From Psammoneis japonica (lineage: Eukaryota): 64,000 nt of DNA. Below are positions 11,401-23,552 of the stretch, piece after piece. Made by a program: the position numbers and the translations under genes. Under the pieces are notes generated by a model, which saw only the letters and a program-made list of their open reading frames with translations, had not been told where the DNA came from and did not search any database. The stretch lies in assembly GCA_008632985.1 (NCBI GenBank), contig QPGO01000123.1:62001-126000 (forward strand). Reading direction: 5' to 3'. Every line of letters starts with the position of its first letter. Position 1 is the stretch's first letter.

Positions 11401-13450
11401 AAAGTGCACCTGCAAGTGCAATTCCAGCTGCAACACCCACAGTGTTTGAAGGGTGGTTGCTCTCTGTCATGGAAAAAGTGTCTCAGTGTTCATTTGATGT
11501 TGTCCAAGAAATGCAATTCTGCAACATGGCATTGCCAGCAGCAGCAGCAGTTTCAAGTTGCCCATCATGGCCCATGACCCAATGGCTGCAGCACTCACAT
11601 CATGATGATGTGATTGCTGTGCCAGCTTGGCAATTTGATTGCAATTGCATGGCGAGATTGGTGTTTGGCATTTCCTCTTTTTTCAGTCCTGCACTTTTGG
11701 GTGTTGCTGCCATTTTGATTGCAAGCAAGGAGAATCACAGTGGTGGTCATGCACATTTTGCACTTTCATCTGTCCCTTCTGCACTCGACACCCAGTTCAG
11801 AAGGTTGTGGGGCCTCCCCAGTCTGTTTTTTGTTTCAAGATGTGGGCCATGAACCATCATCAGTGCACAGCAGAAGCAGCAATGTTGCACCAGCACCATG
11901 GGCCCAAGGCTCCATTTTGTGGACAAATGGGGGACTCCCCTTTTTGTTGGAAACTTTCCGGCCTGCCCCCCAAGCCTGCGCATGGCCAGCGCAGATCCAC
12001 AGTGTTCCATGACCCACTGGCACAGTGTGCCCACTGTCCATGCCAGCAGCAGCATCCCCTGTTTCTCCTTTTCTGGAGGCCAAACAGTCCAGTGGGAGCC
12101 TGGATGAATCAACAGCTTCAGGTGGCATTTGAGCAGCTGGGGGGATTTGATTGTCCAAGAACCCCCAGAGCAGTCTGCTGCCGACCAGAAATGGGTGGCA
12201 GCTCTTTTGTGCACATGTCCAAAACAGCACACAGAAAGATGCCACACCTTTGGTTTGCAGCTGTGTGCTGTTTTGAAAAGTGAGACAGCCCAGTTGCCCA
12301 TGCAGTCAAGAGAACATCTTTCCGCCAAACAACCCTCTGCACCAAAACTGCTGCTTTGCACCATGCACCATGCTCCAGCTCTGGACAGAAATCTCTGTGA
12401 CATCCACCAAAGATTCCTGTAATTTTCTTCTGTGCACATGGGCAAATGATGCACATTGCAAGCACATCAAAAATGCAAGATGTGTTGGCGCATTGTGCAA
12501 GACTTGCTGCAAGCACAGCAGCCACCACATTGCATGAGCGTCGGTGCTGCGGCACTGTTCAAGGCACTCTCTCAGCTGTGATTTCAAGTGTTGGTGCCCA
12601 AAAACACATCTGCTCCCTGCTTTCCTCCCACACCTGTCCTGATGACCAACAGCTCTTGCAAGAAAGCCAAGCATGAAGAGCCAAGCAGGACAAATCTTTT
12701 GGATCAAGCCCAGCCCAAGTTGGAGACCAGCCATTTGACAAAATCTTCCCGTCAGCTGCTTGCCTCTGAGGCCACCTTTCATTGTGCTTTGTCACCTCTT
12801 TGGAAGCATTGATTCTTGCCCAGTGCCAGTGAAGACAAATTGTTTGTTTCAAGCGGCTGCATTTCCCGCCTTTGATGTCTCCTTTGGGAGTGTGGAGATG
12901 CTTGTTGAGCTCAGCACAAGATTGTCCCTGCCTTTGCACTGCTGGGAAAGACAGCCAGAGCTCAGCTAAGATCATGCATGCCAAGCTGAGAGGTGTGGTC
13001 ATTGCACTTTGATGGCAACGAACGCAACATTTCTGACTTTGTGGGTTGGCAGCCCACACGTTGCAGCACACCAAGGCCAAGATGTGTCTGCTGGATTGTC
13101 CCCTTTTCAATGGGCAAGAAGGTTGGCCCTCTGAGGTGATGAGAGAAATGAAAGCAACTTCCAAGCCCTTTTTAACTGTGGAAATCTTCTTTCTTTTGTC
13201 ATGGAAGCATCCCTCAATTTGCCCGCAACGCACGCTCACATTTTTCTTTCGGGGATGTGTTTGCTGGTGCTCTCCACACACTTGCCCCAAACTCACCATC
13301 ACATGAGGAGCACCCTCCAGTGTTGGGCCAAACTCAGGGCTGCTGCTTTCACTGTTGGGACTTTCAGGAACACTGAAACGATTCTTGTCGCACCCATCAT
13401 TGCCAACGAGTTCTTGCAGCAGTGGGCAGCAAATGGCGCGCGGATTGATT
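8480..13450. other. CpG/TpA-depleted hypermutated block 1, containing decayed gene fragments
   Basis: CG and TA are very rare and TG/CA abundant; six-frame ORFs are nearly Tyr-free and Cys/His-rich. Borders approximate. Confidence 0.85.
9290..10560 (-). pseudogene. Decayed fumarylacetoacetase C-terminus followed by maleylacetoacetate isomerase (GST-zeta); FAH-MAAI fusion relic
   Basis: HHSATGCTMQAGNLLGSGAISG...GSVLDLSWKQGTK resembles the FAH C-terminus. QSLAMIEFLKEALPQHKSLLPTDP, LQPLQN and PQLHSAHWF...HPVL..INRLC....FQESSHPGVQLDAP resemble GST-zeta. Same strand and collinear, many frameshifts. Confidence 0.75.
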
Positions 13451-13815
13451 GATGATTCGGACAAATCTTACCGTACGAAAGTCAGAATCATCGGCATGCC
13501 GGATTTTTTGGAATGTTTGATTTTGGCTGGCGCGATATCAACGGAAACTTTTTAGTATGACATTTTAGTTAATTCTACATACACACATTCTTACATGGAG
13601 ACGACTACGGATCGGCTTTGTCGACGTCATTTTCCCGCCATCAAGCGAGACCAAATCCGATGCTCATCTTGCCACATCCTTTTCCCGTGAGCTTCTTGCA
13701 TCTCATTGGTTCAAGACTTCGCTTTGGTGAAGTTTCTCACCTGGAACTATTTTTGAACAGGACGTCTTATTCAAGTTCTCGGAGCGGTCTTTTTTCTTTC
13801 ATAAAACAATTCATC

Positions 13816-15032
13816 ATGATGATGGGCTTTTTGATGGCGAAGTTGGGGGTTTTGCTCTGTTGCGGGCTTCCCGTTGCGTCAGGATTCGGTTCTCCAGGCA
13901 GTTTTCGACCCATAAAACACTCCTTTCGAGTTGCGCCCGTTGTTGGACGGCCTGGCCATGGTTTCTCTGTGAATAAGCAGAGCTCAAGCCTATCGATTGG
14001 TGGGTCAAGCACTCCTACTACTGGTCCTGAGCTCCCTGCGGCATCGACTGCCGTGAGCTTTGAAGATTCCGGGAAAAAGCGGTTCCCTTTCCGATTGTCC
14101 TTTGGCGGTTCACAAGGCCTCATACTCTGATTGGATCGGCTTTAGCAATTCCATCTCTCTGTATTTTTGCAGCTCCAACTTTTCGGTCTGCCTTTACTGT
14201 CAAAACGCTTGTTGCCATGGTGTATGCAATGATTCCCTCGCTTCTCATGAACCTTTACATTACGGGTCTCAATCAAATTACTGATGTGGAGATTGACAAA
14301 ATCAACAAACCCGATCTTCCAATTGCAGCCGGCGACCTCTCCAAGAAGAATGCAATTGTTGTCGTTTTGATTTCGTTGATTGTATCGCTGTGGATGGGAG
14401 TGGCGCATCCTGTTCTTGGCACTCAAGGATTGAATGTCGCACTCTGGGGAAGCGGTATTCTCGGAACAATGTACAGTCTCCCTCCTTTCAGGCTCAAGCG
14501 CTTTCCAGCCCTCGCCGCGTTTTGTATTGTAGCTGTACGCGGATCAATCATAAATGCTGGATTCTTTGCTCATGCACAAGCGGCAGCGTTTGGCGTCGAA
14601 GGAGCATCGGTTCTTTCGTGTCTCATGAATGATCGTAGATGCATGCTGTCGAGTGCCTTCTTTGCTGTATTTGGAATGGTCATTGCGCTCATGAAGGATG
14701 TTCCAGATGTAACGGGAGACGCCATGTCAAACGTTAGAACCTTTTCTGTGCGAGTTGGTCAAAAGAGAATCTTCAAGTATACAAGAAAGCTGCTGACGGC
14801 GCTGTTTCTTGGCTTTGGGGGCGGCTTTCTCATGTCTGCCTTTGACACGCCTTCGAAGGTTGTTGGTACTTGTAGATTGCTTGTTGGTGTGGCATCTGTC
14901 ATGGGCGGCATTTCGGTACGGACAGAAGCCGAGTCGGTCGATCCCGAGAATAGCAAGCAAGTGTACCAGTATTACATGCACTTGTGGAAGCTGTTTTACC
15001 TTTCATACCTGGTTTTGCCGTTTGCAAGGTGA
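13816..15032 (+). CDS. Homogentisate prenyltransferase (UbiA family; phytyltransferase/VTE2-like), plastid-targeted
   Basis: Signal peptide ending VASG-F. LWRFTRPHTLIGS, NQITDVEIDKINKPDLP, KDVPDVTGD, LWKLFY. One apparent 1-nt indel near 14088 joins ORF 13618..14130 to the 14217..15032 frame. Confidence 0.85.
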
Positions 15033-15221
15033 AAGGATGAGCAGCCATTTTTATGTAGCCGGTACAAACGAGCTCAATGTTAAGAAGCTCCGCGGACGAT
15101 GCGAGTCACAAACATCGATTGACCATGCTACAAACATCTAGTGACTAGTAATGATTACGCTCTAGAGATATTGGCACCCTTCAAAGATACCCTCTCTAGG
15201 ATATCATACAATGGCTAGACG

Positions 15222-18200
15222 TCAAAAATATTCAGCATAGGACGTTCGAGCGCCAATCAGACGGTAGAACAGCCCGTCACGAGTCCAACTCAACGATGTA
15301 CAAGGATGCTTTGAATTACAGGCTGACTTAGGTCGCTTCGTCTCGCACATTTTGCATTTCCGAGCACTCTTGGAGTTCATGAACGTACATGCTTCGCAAG
15401 CCCATTTTGAAGATTTCGGTGGAGGTTTGGGGATTCTTCGGAGCCCGACGATTCGCTCAAGGTAGATGTGGACTGCGGCGAAGGACCAGCTGACACTTCA
15501 GATTCGGATTCTGGAGAACTCATGTCTGCCGTATGGGACGTATCACTCAGGACTTCGGGCTTCATTTCAACGTCGTCACTTTCTTCGAGGACGGGTTCCT
15601 CGTCCTCTTCAAGTGGTACAGTTCCGCCACATTGCGCGTTGGCTACTTTCAAGAGAGATGCATAAGTGGGCTCAAGTCCCGACGGCCACCCTCCAAACTC
15701 CTCGTCTTGGCAGCTGAGGCAACACTTCCATTCTTCGCCCTTGTTTGATTTCCACAAGCAGCAGGCTCGCCAAGAGCAGCTTTCGTGGAGCAAGACGACG
15801 AGGGCTCTGACAATATCTCTTTTTCGGATAGTACGCGACTAAGAGTCCATTCCTCGTCATCCGATGAATCCTCGCCATCGACGGACATCTCGTCGGAAGC
15901 TTGCTTGGCTGGGTCGGTAGCACCCTCGTCTTCTGATGACTTTTCTGAAGCTGTGGCGTCGGGGTCATTGCCTGGGCTCTCGACCTTGTCGTCGTTGGCT
16001 GGTTTCACATCCTCCTCGGCGTTTGGCTTGCTGTCCACTTGTTCATCCGCCACTTGATTGGCGGCGTTTGCTTCCTCCATTTCTTGGAGGCATTGTAGCT
16101 CCAACATTGCTTCTTTCTCTTCTTCCTCCTGTCGATACAAGGAAAGGAAAGCACAAGGTCAGCATATACCGCAACACAATCACATAGGGAGGTACGAGCT
16201 TGACAGACAAATCTTACCTGTTTCCTCTGTTGGATGAGACTCCACTGATACAGGATTGCATGAAAACTTCGGTGAGAAAACGCACGAACGTCAATATCAC
16301 GAGAACACCGTATTGATAACACTTACAGTCACTTCCAATCCGAAAACAAAGGATACCGTATCGTAACCCTTCATGGCCGCCCGAAAGACGGGATCATCCA
16401 CCGTATCGGTGGAATGGTGGTGGCTCCAGTGCCTCATGTTTTCTTCGTCGGGCATTCCGATTTGTTCCTGAAAATCTTCACCGCGTTCCGTCGATGCCGC
16501 CGCACAGCTCAACTCCACGTCGGTATTGTCGGTGCTGGGTGAGTCATCCATTGTGTCTGAATCAGCCTTCATAGTCATGAGCTTTGGAGCAAGATCGAGC
16601 CACTGTTCCTCCCACCAGCTCTGTAGTCGACGAGCATCGTCTGCAATCTCTTGTCCCGGGGACCAAACCTTGACAACATTGGCAAAGATGCGGTTCACGT
16701 CCTTGGAAAACTCCGACACGCTCTTGTATGCCCCGTTTTGATCTGCGGCAATCTCGATCCTCTTGCGGATCGCTCCCAAGTCGATTGGCTGACGAACAAG
16801 TTTCTCATAGTCTGCAATCGAGACACCGTATTCATCCGACTTGATTGGAGCGAGGAACTTGGCGGCGTCCTCGTGTTCAAACATTTGAGCTAACAGTGCC
16901 TTGCAAGCTTCCAATTGCTTTGGGAGATTCTTGGCTGCTTCCATTTCGGCGTGGTCCGCAATGATCTTGCACCGTTCGCAGCGAAGCTTGTCGTGCGTGT
17001 CTGGCAACAAGTGAAAGTGAACAAATGTGAGTATACACAAATCAAGTCAGTTTCTTCTAAGGCACAAGCTCGTTCTGCAAACTCACCAGACGGAGTTCCC
17101 TGTCTCATTTTGAAGAGATTACGCAAGTCCTTTGTACTAAGGGCATTCACTTGCTCCTTGTCATCCACGACGGACTGAAGACCCTCCTTGGACAGTTGGC
17201 GTTGAAAAATCTTTTCCAACAATTGAAAAAGGCGGATTGTGAGTATACAGGTAATAGGTAGTCAAGAAGACACAACCCCCATCCATCTCACCTTTTCTTC
17301 AACCGTCCCGGTGGCCAGAAAGCGATAGGTAAAGCAGCGCTTCTTTTGCCCGTCACGCCAGCAACGAGCAGCAGCCTGTTTATCGACGGCGGGGTTCCAA
17401 TCTAAATGGTATTCTTTGAGAAATGTTTCAAGTCACACGATTAACAAAAAAGAACATTCATTGCGCTTACCTGGATCAAAGAGAACCAGACGATTGCCTC
17501 CAATCAAGTTCAGGCCACTGCAGTAGAGGATGACAAATGAAGGAGAAAAAGAGTGAGACTTGATATCATCGACAGGAACAAGATTCAAAACAAATACAAT
17601 GTAGTTTAATACACACCATCCTCCGGCTTTGCTGGAAAGCAAAAAAGCAATGAGACTGCTGGAGGGATCGTTGAACTCGTCCACCATTTTCTGTCGCTTC
17701 TTCATGGTGATACTCCCATCGAGCCGACAAAAGCCCCAGCTATTCTCACGACACATGCGTCCAATGAGATCCAACGTCTGAGTATAGTTGGAGACGATTA
17801 CAATCTTGTCGGCGCCATTGCCCGGCTTGCGCATTTCCTTCATGAGTCGGTACAACACAAACATCTTGCCGCTCCACTCGGGACGGACCGGAGCATTCGA
17901 GTCGCCGCGGCGACCGCCTCCTCCGCCAGCTTCGTAGGGCAAAAACTTGGACAATCCCTCGGCACCAGGAGCGGCCGCTGTTTCTTGTTCCGAGTACTTG
18001 ATCTTTTTCGAAGCCGCCTTTCGTCCACTCCCCACTCCACTCGAATGATCCTCGGTCACGAGACGTGGATGGTTGCACAGCTTCATGAGCATTTGAATGG
18101 ACCCCAAACAGTTCTCTTGCTTGCCAGAAATGGCATGCTGTAAATGCTTGCTGTCTACCAAATGCTTGTACATGTTGGCTTGCATGGGAGTCGGTTTGCA

Positions 18201-19792
18201 GCACACCACCTGTACCAACTTTGGTGGCAGGTGCTGCGCATTGAGGGTATTGACACGACGCAAAATAAATTCATTCACGGTAAGACTCATGTCGTTTTGG
18301 ATTTCCATCATTCTGCGCTTTTGCGAATCCGTCGCGTCCGGTTCACGTCCACGGAGAATGGGAAAAAGAATGCGTTTGCGGAATTCCTCTTGAGTCCCCA
18401 TGACGCCAGGATTGGTAAAGTCCACCATGGCAAAGAATTCTTGCAAATCATTCTGCATGGGCGTGCCGGTGAGCAAGACGCGGCGCTTGACGGGGAGTGA
18501 CGCGAGTGCCCTGGAGGTTTGGTTCTCGCTATTCTTGAGACGGTGTGCTTCGTCACACACCAACAAGTCGCAACAGTCCTTACTCTTGGTGAGCCGGCCC
18601 ACATGTGTGCGAATGCATTCATAGCTGGCAATGAGAACATTAAACATTTTGGTTCGTACAAACAAATCGATATTCTTCTCCACCGTTTTCCGGTCCGCTT
18701 CGGCGAGCGCTAGAGTCTTGACCGTACCAGCACCAAGCCACTTGATGAATTCATTGTCCCAATTCTTGACGAGCGAACAGGGACAAACCACAATGACGCG
18801 TCTGGCGGTGGGCTCGCGATTGGCGGTAATGCCAGTTTTCAAAAGAGTGTAAATCAGCGTTACCGCCTGGATCGTCTTGCCGAGGCCCATATCATCGGCA
18901 AGGATACATCCGTTTCCTTTGAAACTCTTGGACTTCAAGCCCATGACACAGGCATACATGAATTCCACACCTTCCCGTTGATGTGGACGAAGCCACTTTG
19001 CGAGAACCGGCGGAACAAAAACATTTTCCTTGGCATACGCCGAGTCGGGGGCTGTTTTAGAAGTAGAAATAGCAATACGCATTGTTAGATTAAAAAGGCA
19101 GGGTTTTGCTTTACATGAATAGGCGCGGAACTGATTCCTACCTGGTCGCAGAACCGTCACAGACTCTTCCACGCCATACTCGTCGGGTTGCATTTCCGTC
19201 ACACTGTAATTACAACAAATAGGATAATAGAGCGTTAGAAAACTGGCATGATTCACATACTACAACAAAGCGATAGCATAGCAAGTACTTACAAGGTTGG
19301 TGGAAGCCCCAGCGCTTCTCCACCCTGATGAGGCGACGTCCAGACGCAGAGCGGTTCAAAGGGCTTTTCATTTTCATTTTCATCGTCGTCTTCTTGTTCA
19401 CTATCCGAACCACTCTCGTCATCCTTCGAACGAGCTGCTGTGCTTGGCAACTTGTACGCGAGTCCCCGTCCGGCCCGTGCCATGAGTTTCACCATGCCGT
19501 CCATGCGTCGGCGTTGTCCCAGAGACGATTGACGCAACGCCGCATCGGCGCTCTTGTTGTAGGCACGCCGCTTGGTCATGGGGCGTTGAAATTTCTTTTG
19601 TAGCGAAACCGAAAGGCCAACCATGACGGGAGCGCGTTGAACGAGAATGCGTTGGCCCGGTTGAAAGAGCTTGTTGGAGGAATGACATGATGATGTGTTG
19701 CTGCATGTTGTTGTCTTGATTGTAGTTGTTGCATTGACACGACGGCCGTCGGCACCAAACGAACCACGCGATCGCTTACGACCCGCCAACAT
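15222..19792 (-). CDS. RAD54: Rad54-like SNF2 ATPase with C-terminal bromodomain, Cys-rich module and RanBP2-type zinc finger (multi-exon)
   Basis: [84 protein letters not shown]. Bromodomain in 16297..17040. [10 protein letters not shown]...CKMC near 15330-15410. The 3' end is uncertain because of indels near 15785 and 15430. Confidence 0.85.
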
Positions 19793-20371
19793 GATGAGAG
19801 AGACAAATACGCCAAGAGTCGGGACGGTATAGGGGAGGGATGGAGAGAGATGGAACGACTCTATCTCCTGTCTCTCTCGCGTCGGTGTGTTGGGTGTTGA
19901 AAAATTCGCATGAGATCTCGCACCGTAGCCTCTACGCGGTTCAAGTACTAACTCAAAACGTGGTACTGAATCACGTGGGTTTGTCCGTAGAACCGCATGG
20001 CGCGCCAAAAGTTCCCGCCACGAGCTTTTTCACATTGCAATTGTCTCGAGACTTTTGTCGTTACAAAACATGCCAATCATGGGGCGTGGTGCTGTGTCAC
20101 TCCCGGTCTCTGATCCAAACAGATTTCTAATGTTGCTCATCAACAAAAGCTGCTCTTGTCGTGCAATGCAATCTCGGGTGCCATCGGGTCTGTACGTCGC
20201 CCAAACACGTCTGTCCTGCCTCACGGGATTCATGGACGTCTGACAGACGATGGCTGCATGTCAACTCGTAGCGAAATCGCAGGTAAGGACGCTTTGCCGT
20301 TTCCTTTCCCTCCCCTCTTTGTTCTTTTGGACTTCTCTTTCACTCACCATTCTATCTCTTTTTTTTCCCAA

Positions 20372-20884
20372 ATGCAGCGGATGCTCGGGCTGTCGTCGAG
20401 GTCACACTTAGCCCCATCCTCGACGCCGACGGTCGCAACACCGTTCTACACGACCTCCCAAGGTTCTTTTGACATGAAGAAGCGGCCGTTGTTTGTTCCG
20501 GTTTATGAGTTGGTGACGAATGGAGCGTCCGTACCTGAAGAGCTTGGGCGATTCCCCATTGAGCGACGAGATGAATTGATCGAAGCTTTTGGTGAGATTG
20601 TTGAATTTGTCAACGCCACTGGCGAAGCAATGGAGACGGCGGCATCATCAAGCGCACCATCCTTCCGTTCCGAACTCGCGGACAGCACATCTGGGGGGCG
20701 TCACCCAGATGATGCGAGTGCTCGCAGCGACGGTGCAGTTTCAAGGATTCGAAGAGATCAGGGCACGAGACTTGCCATTTCTGATGGAAACCACCAGAAT
20801 GGTGTTGAGGCTGCGATTCTTCCCCGCATCCCACATGTGGCAGACCTTGCAGGTTCAAATGGGGAGAACATGGGGCTACTCTAG
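20372..20884 (+). CDS. Hypothetical protein
   Basis: Open frame of normal composition, divergent from RAD54; no recognisable domain. Confidence 0.3.
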   Translation: MQRMLGLSSRSHLAPSSTPTVATPFYTTSQGSFDMKKRPLFVPVYELVTNGASVPEELGRFPIERRDELIEAFGEIVEFVNATGEAMETAASSSAPSFRSELADSTSGGRHPDDASARSDGAVSRIRRDQGTRLAISDGNHQNGVEAAILPRIPHVADLAGSNGENMGLL

Positions 20885-21199
20885 ATGGCACTGTGGCTGC
20901 ATCAGACCAAGTCCCTAGTCCGGTCAATGGAGAAGAGGTTGACGTCCATTCCCAAGACAGTCCTCAGAACTAGTCAGTTGAAAGGGGGCAAAGCGTTGGT
21001 TTCAGTTCAATTTTTCGTCTGTTCTCCGTCTCGAATAAACTCAAAACGATACGATTGCTTTGTTCGGTGCCGGCATGAAAACGACCATTGAATTAGTAAA
21101 ATCACAAATGATGCAGCAGCACGCTGTAAAGAAACAACAAGAAGCTTTCTTTTGAGAATGTCTCTAGCCATGTTATGAAGTCGATCAAGTTGCCATGCT

Positions 21200-23200
21200 G
21201 TGGATTAGGATTTTGATTCTTTCGACAGGTTTGCAATCGACCTGTTGCAGTGCAGTCCCCAGTTCACAGGAAAGCATGAGCTGCATGGTGTGATCAAATG
21301 CCATTTAGCTACATTGTGTTGGGGCAGTCCTACATCGAGAATGGGAAGATTCATTCGCAAGGTCTCAAAGCGCCCATTTGACATCAGGCTGAAGAGCAAT
21401 CCAGTTTGGTCCAAAACAAGGGCAGCATTGCTTCCCATTAAAGACAGTCTTGCTGGACATGAAGCAGAGCTGAAAATGGGAATGCCAGCAAGAAAAAGGA
21501 GCACACATTTCATTCAATCTTGTTGTGAGTGCTTTGGTGGCTCCCTGACTCTTTGCTGCATTTTTCTTCCATTTCATCAAGCACAGCTTTGCATTGTCAA
21601 TGAAAGACAGCAGTTGTTTTTTGCTCAATTCATCAAGCAGCTCATCATCATTCAAGAATTGATTTCCTTTGCCAGTTTGAAAATGATGCTTCAACAAGAA
21701 TCACTGTGCAAGTGCCAGCCTCCAGACCATGCCATTTGCAAGTTCAGGAGCCACCATCATTCTGAGTTTGTTCTAAACAACCCACTTCATTCTGCCTTGG
21801 TCCACTTGAGCAATGCAATCACCTTTTCACTGTTTTCAACCAGTGTTTTAGAGCAGTTTACCTTGCTTTTTTGCATGCAAGTTTTGCATCACCAAAGTCT
21901 GCACTTGTTTTGCACCTTTGAAGCACCTTGGAAATGCACCACATGATGAGTGGGGGTGCCAGCGATTCTCAGTCAACATTGTCTGGAAGAAACATGCTGC
22001 CCCGTTGCTTTTCTTTAACTCACACACTCAAATGCCTCCACTGAAAAAGTCTTGAGGATGGCTGTAAACCAGATGCAGCCATTCAACAGTGCTTTTTCAG
22101 TGGCAGAAATGAAGAACAAATGGTTGCCGTTCCCAGAAATGGTTGGTGTGTCTGTGTGGTGAGCAAGCAGAGGTTGTTGGGATGAGCTTGTTCCACATCT
22201 TTTGCAGCCCCTTCCATGGCACAACCTGGTTGTGGCTCCAAGAGGACAGTTTCCATGCACAGATGCAAGAGCTGCTGAAGTGCCCTGAACTTTTGTGAAC
22301 ACACAGCATCTCTCATTGGGGCATCAACAAGCTGGCCAACCATGGGCAAATGTTGGCACTGGTGGTTGCACAATGCAGTTCAAACAAGCCATGCATTGCT
22401 GCTGCATTGCAGCTGCAACTTGAGGCAACTGCTGTGCCACACTTCTCCTTCACTCTTCTCCTCTCTGTCCTTCTTGGGCAAACACAGTGGCAGCATGGCA
22501 AAATCCTGCATGCTCGGGAGGAGGATGGCTTGTGGAAGCATGGCATGCTCTTTGTTCTAGAGACTTGGCACACTCAAGGAGCTTGACAAGGCTCTCATTC
22601 TTGCCAAGGAGACCAGGGAGAGTTCTTGCAGTGCTCTGATGCAAAGAGAGAAATGGGCCTCTTTTTTGTGCTGCAAAAGTCTTCTCCCCCCGCATTGTGC
22701 AAAGTGTGTTTGAGATCATCACAGACCCACACCAACAACGCAGTGAGTCACATTTTCTAATGGCTGGAGCAGTGCAAACTGCCAGCTGGATGGTGCCACA
22801 CTGTTTGCTTGGTGACAAGTGCAATGCTGCTGGTGATGTGTGCACTCTTCATGCACTCATCATGGAGAAACGCTGCAGTCCGAGCAGCGCACTCTTCAAC
22901 CCCCCTGTGTGTCTTGTTGGCACTTCTTGTTGACAGAAAGCACCACATCATCACAATCATTGTGGCAGAAACAAGCACTGGACATTGCATCAGAAGATTG
23001 AGACACATGAGATTTTTTCTTTCTGTGCTCCTTCGTCCACCGGAGTGAAAAAACAAGAAGCTCTTTTGTGCACAGAGCGATCACAAACATCCTCGATGAA
23101 CAGCAGGAGTGTGGTGAGAGCCAGGAGTCACCAGCAGGACAGAACAGTCATTTTTTGATGCCATTTTGAATGAACTGCATCCAAGAGCTTGTTTCTAAGA
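21200..23200. other. CpG/TpA-depleted hypermutated block 2 (unidentified decayed coding or TE sequence)
   Basis: Same dinucleotide signature and Tyr-poor, Cys/His-rich ORFs as block 1. Confidence 0.8.
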
Positions 23201-23552
23201 TGCTCACAGAAACGTCAAAAAGAGGGTGCAGAGTCGAATCGTCGAGTGCTCTGTCTGGGATGGAAGTGGGTCACGGCACTCGCGATGTAAAACGCCGTTA
23301 TCTGAACGGATAAAATTATTCGTATTCGAGGATAATTTATTTCGCGCCGGGCCCTTGTTCAGTTACTCGTCACAACATACAGTATAGTAACACACGCAAC
23401 AAAAAACAAACGAACAACGTGATGTGGAAGGGCAAGTGGCAAGTGGCAAGCTGGGCAAACTCATTATTTGCAATCATTGCTCTTCTCTCAGTGTGAAGGA
23501 GTTTGCTTTCTTTTTGCGCACGTAAATCGAAAAATATCCTCATTTAGTCGTG

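Noticed and set aside
9290..15032. Homogentisate metabolic gene cluster (FAH-MAAI next to the prenyltransferase)
   Set aside because: The FAH-MAAI copy is a truncated relic among unrelated fragments; proximity may be chance.
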